Shown here piece by piece: positions 42,392-45,295 of a stretch of 45,295 bases of DNA. The DNA is from Bacillota bacterium. Lineage in GTDB: Bacteria; Bacillota; Dethiobacteria; DTU022; UBA8154. The notes beneath the pieces are model-generated. The model was not told the origin of the DNA. It did no database searches and saw nothing but the letters and a program-made list of their open reading frames with translations. Position numbers and translations under genes: made by a program. The DNA lies in assembly GCA_029778075.1 (NCBI GenBank), contig JAKORA010000069.1, positions 1 to 45,295 on the forward strand, read 5' to 3'. Positions within the stretch are counted from its first letter, which is position 1. Every line of letters starts with the position of its first letter.

Positions 42392-44013
42392 AGAGCGCAG
42401 ATGGCCTGGGCGATCCTTAAGGCGTTCTGGAGTGACTGCCAGTTGGAAGGTGTGTAGCCCCCCTGCTCCAGGGACAGAGCTTCGTCGATGGCCTCCCGCA
42501 ACTCTTCTTTGCCATATTCTACCGCCGGTTTGACGGTAACTTCAACGCTGGCGGAAAAGCCGCCGTCAGCAGAGATGGCCGTAATAATCGCCTTACCTTC
42601 CGCTACTGCGGTCACCAACCCGGTTGCGCTGACTGTGGCAATCGTCTCATCGCTGCTCTCCCAGGTCACAGCTTTGTTTGTAGCGTCTACAGGCTGCACT
42701 TCTGCGGTAAATTGAAAGGTTTTCCCCACCTCCAGCACCTGATCACCTTCAGGGATGATGATGCCGGCAACAGGAATGTTTTTTACAAGCGTATAGCTGT
42801 CAATCACATTTCCAGCGGCATCCCTTGCAATCATGGTCAGTGTATCCCCTTCGATCTCGATCACCTGATAGTTGCTGACCCAGGCCACCTGCTCGGCGAT
42901 ATAATCATAATCTGGCCCGGGACCGTAATATTTCGTGCCCGCATTGCCCATAACATAGACGATTCCCTCGCCGTCCGGCTGGATTTCGCCGCTACGCAGC
43001 GGCTTGGTCCGCATGTAGACATGCTGGTGCCCGACAAAGACCATATCAACGCCGCCCTGTTCGAAAAGAGGCACCCAGTGTTCCTGCAGAACATCGGCGC
43101 GCCAGTCATGGACCACCGGATAGGGCGGATGGTGGAAGACAAGAAATTTCCAGCGCTGCGCGCTGCCTGTAAGGTCATTCAGCAACCAGCCGGCGATCTT
43201 TTCATAATCACCGATGCCGGGGACGCCCATGTAGTTGCTGTTCAGCACGGTAATATGGCAATTCCCGTAATCAAAAGAATAGATGGTTTCTTCATATTCC
43301 TGCGGTCCGTTCCGGGGCAGGGCAAAGGAGTTTATAAACAGCTCCGTATAGTCATGGTTGCCCACGGCCGGCATTAGCGAGAGGTCCTTAAAAACCGGCC
43401 AGGCGGCGGCGAAAAACTCCTGCCATTCCGTTATGCTGCTGCCCTTGTCGACCAAATCCCCGCCGAGCAAGGCAAATTTCAGGCCGGGGTTATCGGCTGC
43501 AACCTGCTCCAGCATCTCTCCCCAGATTTCATGCCCATTCTGGACATCACCCATGTAAAGGAAGGAAAAGCAACTGTCCGCGGTAGCGGTGGTAAAGGTG
43601 GCGGGTTCGCTCCAGGCACCTTCCCGGCCAACGCGGTAAACGTATTCCGTCCCCGGAGTCAAGCCCTGAAGGGTTGCCTCGAAGTGATAATGCCCGTCAT
43701 AGAGGTCACTTCTTTCCCCGGTGACTTCCCAGGCCCCTTCAAAACTGCCGTTAAACTCAGACGCGGGCATGTACTGGATACTGTCCTGCGTGATATCGGT
43801 CCCTGTTCGCCAGGAAATGGTCTGGGTGGTCAGGGGATCCTCCGTCCAGGAGAGGATAATATGATCTGGTAGGCCGGGATTTGGACCGCCGTTGCCCTGC
43901 GCCGCCAGAACCGCAGTTGCCAGCGGCGAGAAGGCAAAGAGGAAGACCAAGATCAGAAGGCAGGCGAGATTCTTGCCAATTTTGAACTTATTGACAGATT
44001 TGATACCTTGCAC
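42112..44013 (-). CDS. Secreted purple-acid-phosphatase-like metallophosphoesterase with a Big_2 domain and two FIVAR-like helical repeats
   Basis: 633 aa, GTG start, signal peptide. PAP N-terminal Fn3-like ILSWTEDP...TISWRT...TPGTEYVYRV. Metallophosphoesterase motifs GDVQ, GGDLV, GNHDY, FHHPPY and GHQHVY. Big_2-like VGKTFQFTAEVQPVDATNKAVTWESSD. The C-terminus has 2x YT..SW....L..A repeats. Confidence 0.8.
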   Translation of the reverse strand: MQGIKSVNKFKIGKNLACLLILVFLFAFSPLATAVLAAQGNGGPNPGLPDHIILSWTEDPLTTQTISWRTGTDITQDSIQYMPASEFNGSFEGAWEVTGERSDLYDGHYHFEATLQGLTPGTEYVYRVGREGAWSEPATFTTATADSCFSFLYMGDVQNGHEIWGEMLEQVAADNPGLKFALLGGDLVDKGSSITEWQEFFAAAWPVFKDLSLMPAVGNHDYTELFINSFALPRNGPQEYEETIYSFDYGNCHITVLNSNYMGVPGIGDYEKIAGWLLNDLTGSAQRWKFLVFHHPPYPVVHDWRADVLQEHWVPLFEQGGVDMVFVGHQHVYMRTKPLRSGEIQPDGEGIVYVMGNAGTKYYGPGPDYDYIAEQVAWVSNYQVIEIEGDTLTMIARDAAGNVIDSYTLVKNIPVAGIIIPEGDQVLEVGKTFQFTAEVQPVDATNKAVTWESSDETIATVSATGLVTAVAEGKAIITAISADGGFSASVEVTVKPAVEYGKEELREAIDEALSLEQGGYTPSNWQSLQNALRIAQAICALEHVTQAAIDQALARLEAAMAQLVEKADKTALEAAINEARSLNPAAYTSRSWRQVSNMLLVAERVFQNENAGQEEVDQAAARLNNALNALVEI

Positions 44014-44130
44014 CCCTCTTTTACTCCCTCCTTTCAGTTAAAGTCGTGCAACATTGTAAAACGAGCCGCTCTACTTAAAGATCCTGGCTCTCCTCTTTGA
44101 CAATGGAGGGTGCGCAGGTTTCGCCGTATA

Positions 44131-44157
44131 CCGGGGCGGCCAAGGCTGCCGCCCCGG
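44131..44157 (-). terminator. Perfect 10-bp GC hairpin downstream of the TasA-like gene (possible terminator or stabiliser, no adjacent U-tract)
   Basis: CCGGGGCGGC-caaggct-GCCGCCCCGG, about 90 nt after the stop at 44244. Confidence 0.35.
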
Positions 44158-44243
44158 TGTTGCGGCTCCTCTTTTCCTTGTTACAGGACTAATGCGGGAA
44201 ATAGAAGTATTTGCTTTTAAAGCATTCCCCTTCAGATTTATGC

Positions 44244-44854
44244 CTAAGACTCAGTTCCCCAGACCGCTTCAGGCGCACCATTGGAAGCCTGGACCGCTTC
44301 CACTACGCCGGAGAGCTCGTACTCCGCTTTCATATACTCGTTCCCGGTCAGCTCGCCATCCAGCGTGACGGTCATGGAAAGGGTCACAAAGTCGCCGGCC
44401 TCCAGGGGATCACCCACGTAATACAGGTAATCGCCGTCAACTTGCCAGTCGTCAGGATCATAGGAACCCGATGCTTGTGGGGTTAAGCCGAAAGTGATGT
44501 TCTGGTATATGTCATCTTCGGATTCGAAAGCGTCGAAGTAGGCAACGGGATCAGCTATTACGTTACCTTCGCTATCAAAAAAGGTCCACGTCCCACCCAT
44601 GTTGACTCTTAAGACAATGGCCTTGGTACCAATATTGTAGATGTCCCATTCCACCACATTGGTGTCCCCGGGTTCCAGTTCATGTTGTCCGGGCCTTCTA
44701 AAAGATAGCTTCCCACGTCAATCTCTACTTTGCCGGCTTTGAAGACAATGGGGTCCGTTTCTTTTTCCGCTGTGAACCAGGCCATGGTCCCTCCGCCGAT
44801 CAGAATCCCCACTAAAAGCAGCGTCAGCATGGTTACAACTAATTTTGCTCTCAT
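44244..44854 (-). pseudogene. TasA/camelysin-family protein with a SipW-type signal peptide, split by a 1-nt frameshift
   Basis: ORF 44609..44854 (MRAKLVVTMLTLLLVGILIGGGTMAWFTAEKE..., SD GGAGGTaaggaaaa-ATG) and ORF 44244..44657 are adjacent frames of one gene. Adding one base in the CCCGGGG run (plus 44666-44672) restores ...NMNWNPGDTNVVEWDIYNIGTKAIVLRV... Confidence 0.7.
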
Positions 44855-45015
44855 TTTTCCTTACCTCCGGTTTGTTTTTTTGACAAACCGGCAGCCAGGC
44901 TGCCTCTTTTTGAGGAGGCCCTTGGCTTTGCGTCCCTGCCTCGCGACAGGTTTGCCTTTATCAATTTGCCGTTTGATGGTTTAAGTTAATGATTAAATAA
45001 AGCTCTTTTTAGTTT

Positions 45016-45295
45016 TTAGACCTCTACCAGTGCGTTCAAAGCATCGTTTAAACGGGCTGCCGCCTGATCCACTTCCTCCTGGCTGGCATTTGCATCCTGG
45101 TAGACCCGCTCGGCCACCAGCAGCATGTTCGAAACCTGTCTCCAGGAGCGGGAGGTATAATCCGCCGGGTTCAGGGAACGGGCTTCGTTGATGGCCGCCT
45201 CCAGGGCTGTCTTGTCGGCTTTTTCTACCAGCTGCGCCATGGCGGCTTCAAGCCGGGCCAAAGCCTGGTCTATGGCAGCCTGAGTGGCATGCTCC
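45016..45295 (-). CDS. 3' end of a second FIVAR-tailed surface or secreted protein gene (5' part outside the window). Copy B of the 280-nt repeat
   Basis: The frame is open to the window edge. It encodes ...ARLEAAMAQLVEKADKTALEAAINEARSLNPADYTSRSWRQVSNMLLVAERVYQDANASQEEVDQAAARLNDALNALVEV, nearly identical to the C-terminus of the 42112-44013 product. Confidence 0.65.
   Translation of the reverse strand, partial: EHATQAAIDQALARLEAAMAQLVEKADKTALEAAINEARSLNPADYTSRSWRQVSNMLLVAERVYQDANASQEEVDQAAARLNDALNALVEV

Noticed and set aside
44867-44905. Two adjacent hairpins (CCGGTTTGT-7 nt-ACAAACCGG and GGCAG-5 nt-CTGCC) between the partial FIVAR-tailed gene and the TasA-like gene, as a terminator.
   Set aside because: On the minus strand they are followed directly by the SD of the TasA-like gene, not by a U-tract. 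The T-run follows them only on the plus strand, which has no gene. They may modulate translation or read-through, but I cannot support a call.
1-45295. CRISPR arrays, tRNA or rRNA genes, IS elements, integrases or phage genes.
   Set aside because: No spaced identical repeats, cloverleaf-like GC-rich segments, transposase- or integrase-like ORFs or terminal inverted repeats were found in any intergenic region or ORF.

Overview
45.3-kb window that looks like it comes from an anaerobic Firmicute (Clostridia or Peptococcaceae-like). That guess rests on SLH domains, a SipW/TasA-type signal peptide, copper-amine-oxidase-like stalk domains and strong GGAGG Shine-Dalgarno (SD) sites. Every gene I can support lies on the minus strand. 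I saw no rRNA, tRNA, CRISPR array or mobile element. In transcription order (high to low coordinate) the window contains seven blocks. (1) Secreted or surface proteins: a partial FIVAR-tailed gene, a frameshifted TasA/camelysin-like gene, and a purple-acid-phosphatase-like metallophosphoesterase. (2) The most unusual block, 41768-29122. It holds two paralogous exported proteins flanking a MotA/ExbB-like plus ExbD-like (DUF2149-type) pair, a 1175-aa SLH-anchored modular protein with a transcobalamin-like (DUF4430) N-domain, a small lipoprotein, and an ECF transporter (S, fused A1A2, T). The S component carries an extra transmembrane helix (TM) and an outside-facing domain. All of these except ExbB/ExbD and the ECF A and T subunits share one Oxidored_molyb-like module, so I read the block as a candidate undescribed envelope-spanning capture and uptake system. 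(3) hypABFCDE. (4) A 12-gene Mrp/Hyf-like group 4 membrane-bound [NiFe] hydrogenase operon ending in a HycI-type protease. (5) A small atypical kinase-like gene, a DUF1638 gene and recD2. (6) A quaternary-amine-type methyltransferase operon: three divergent non-pyrrolysine MttB homologs, one corrinoid protein, one pterin-binding methyltransferase. (7) A co-transcribed AsnB-like gene whose N-terminal nucleophile Cys is replaced by Ser. All functional calls come from motif recognition by eye on the translated ORFs. No database search was possible.
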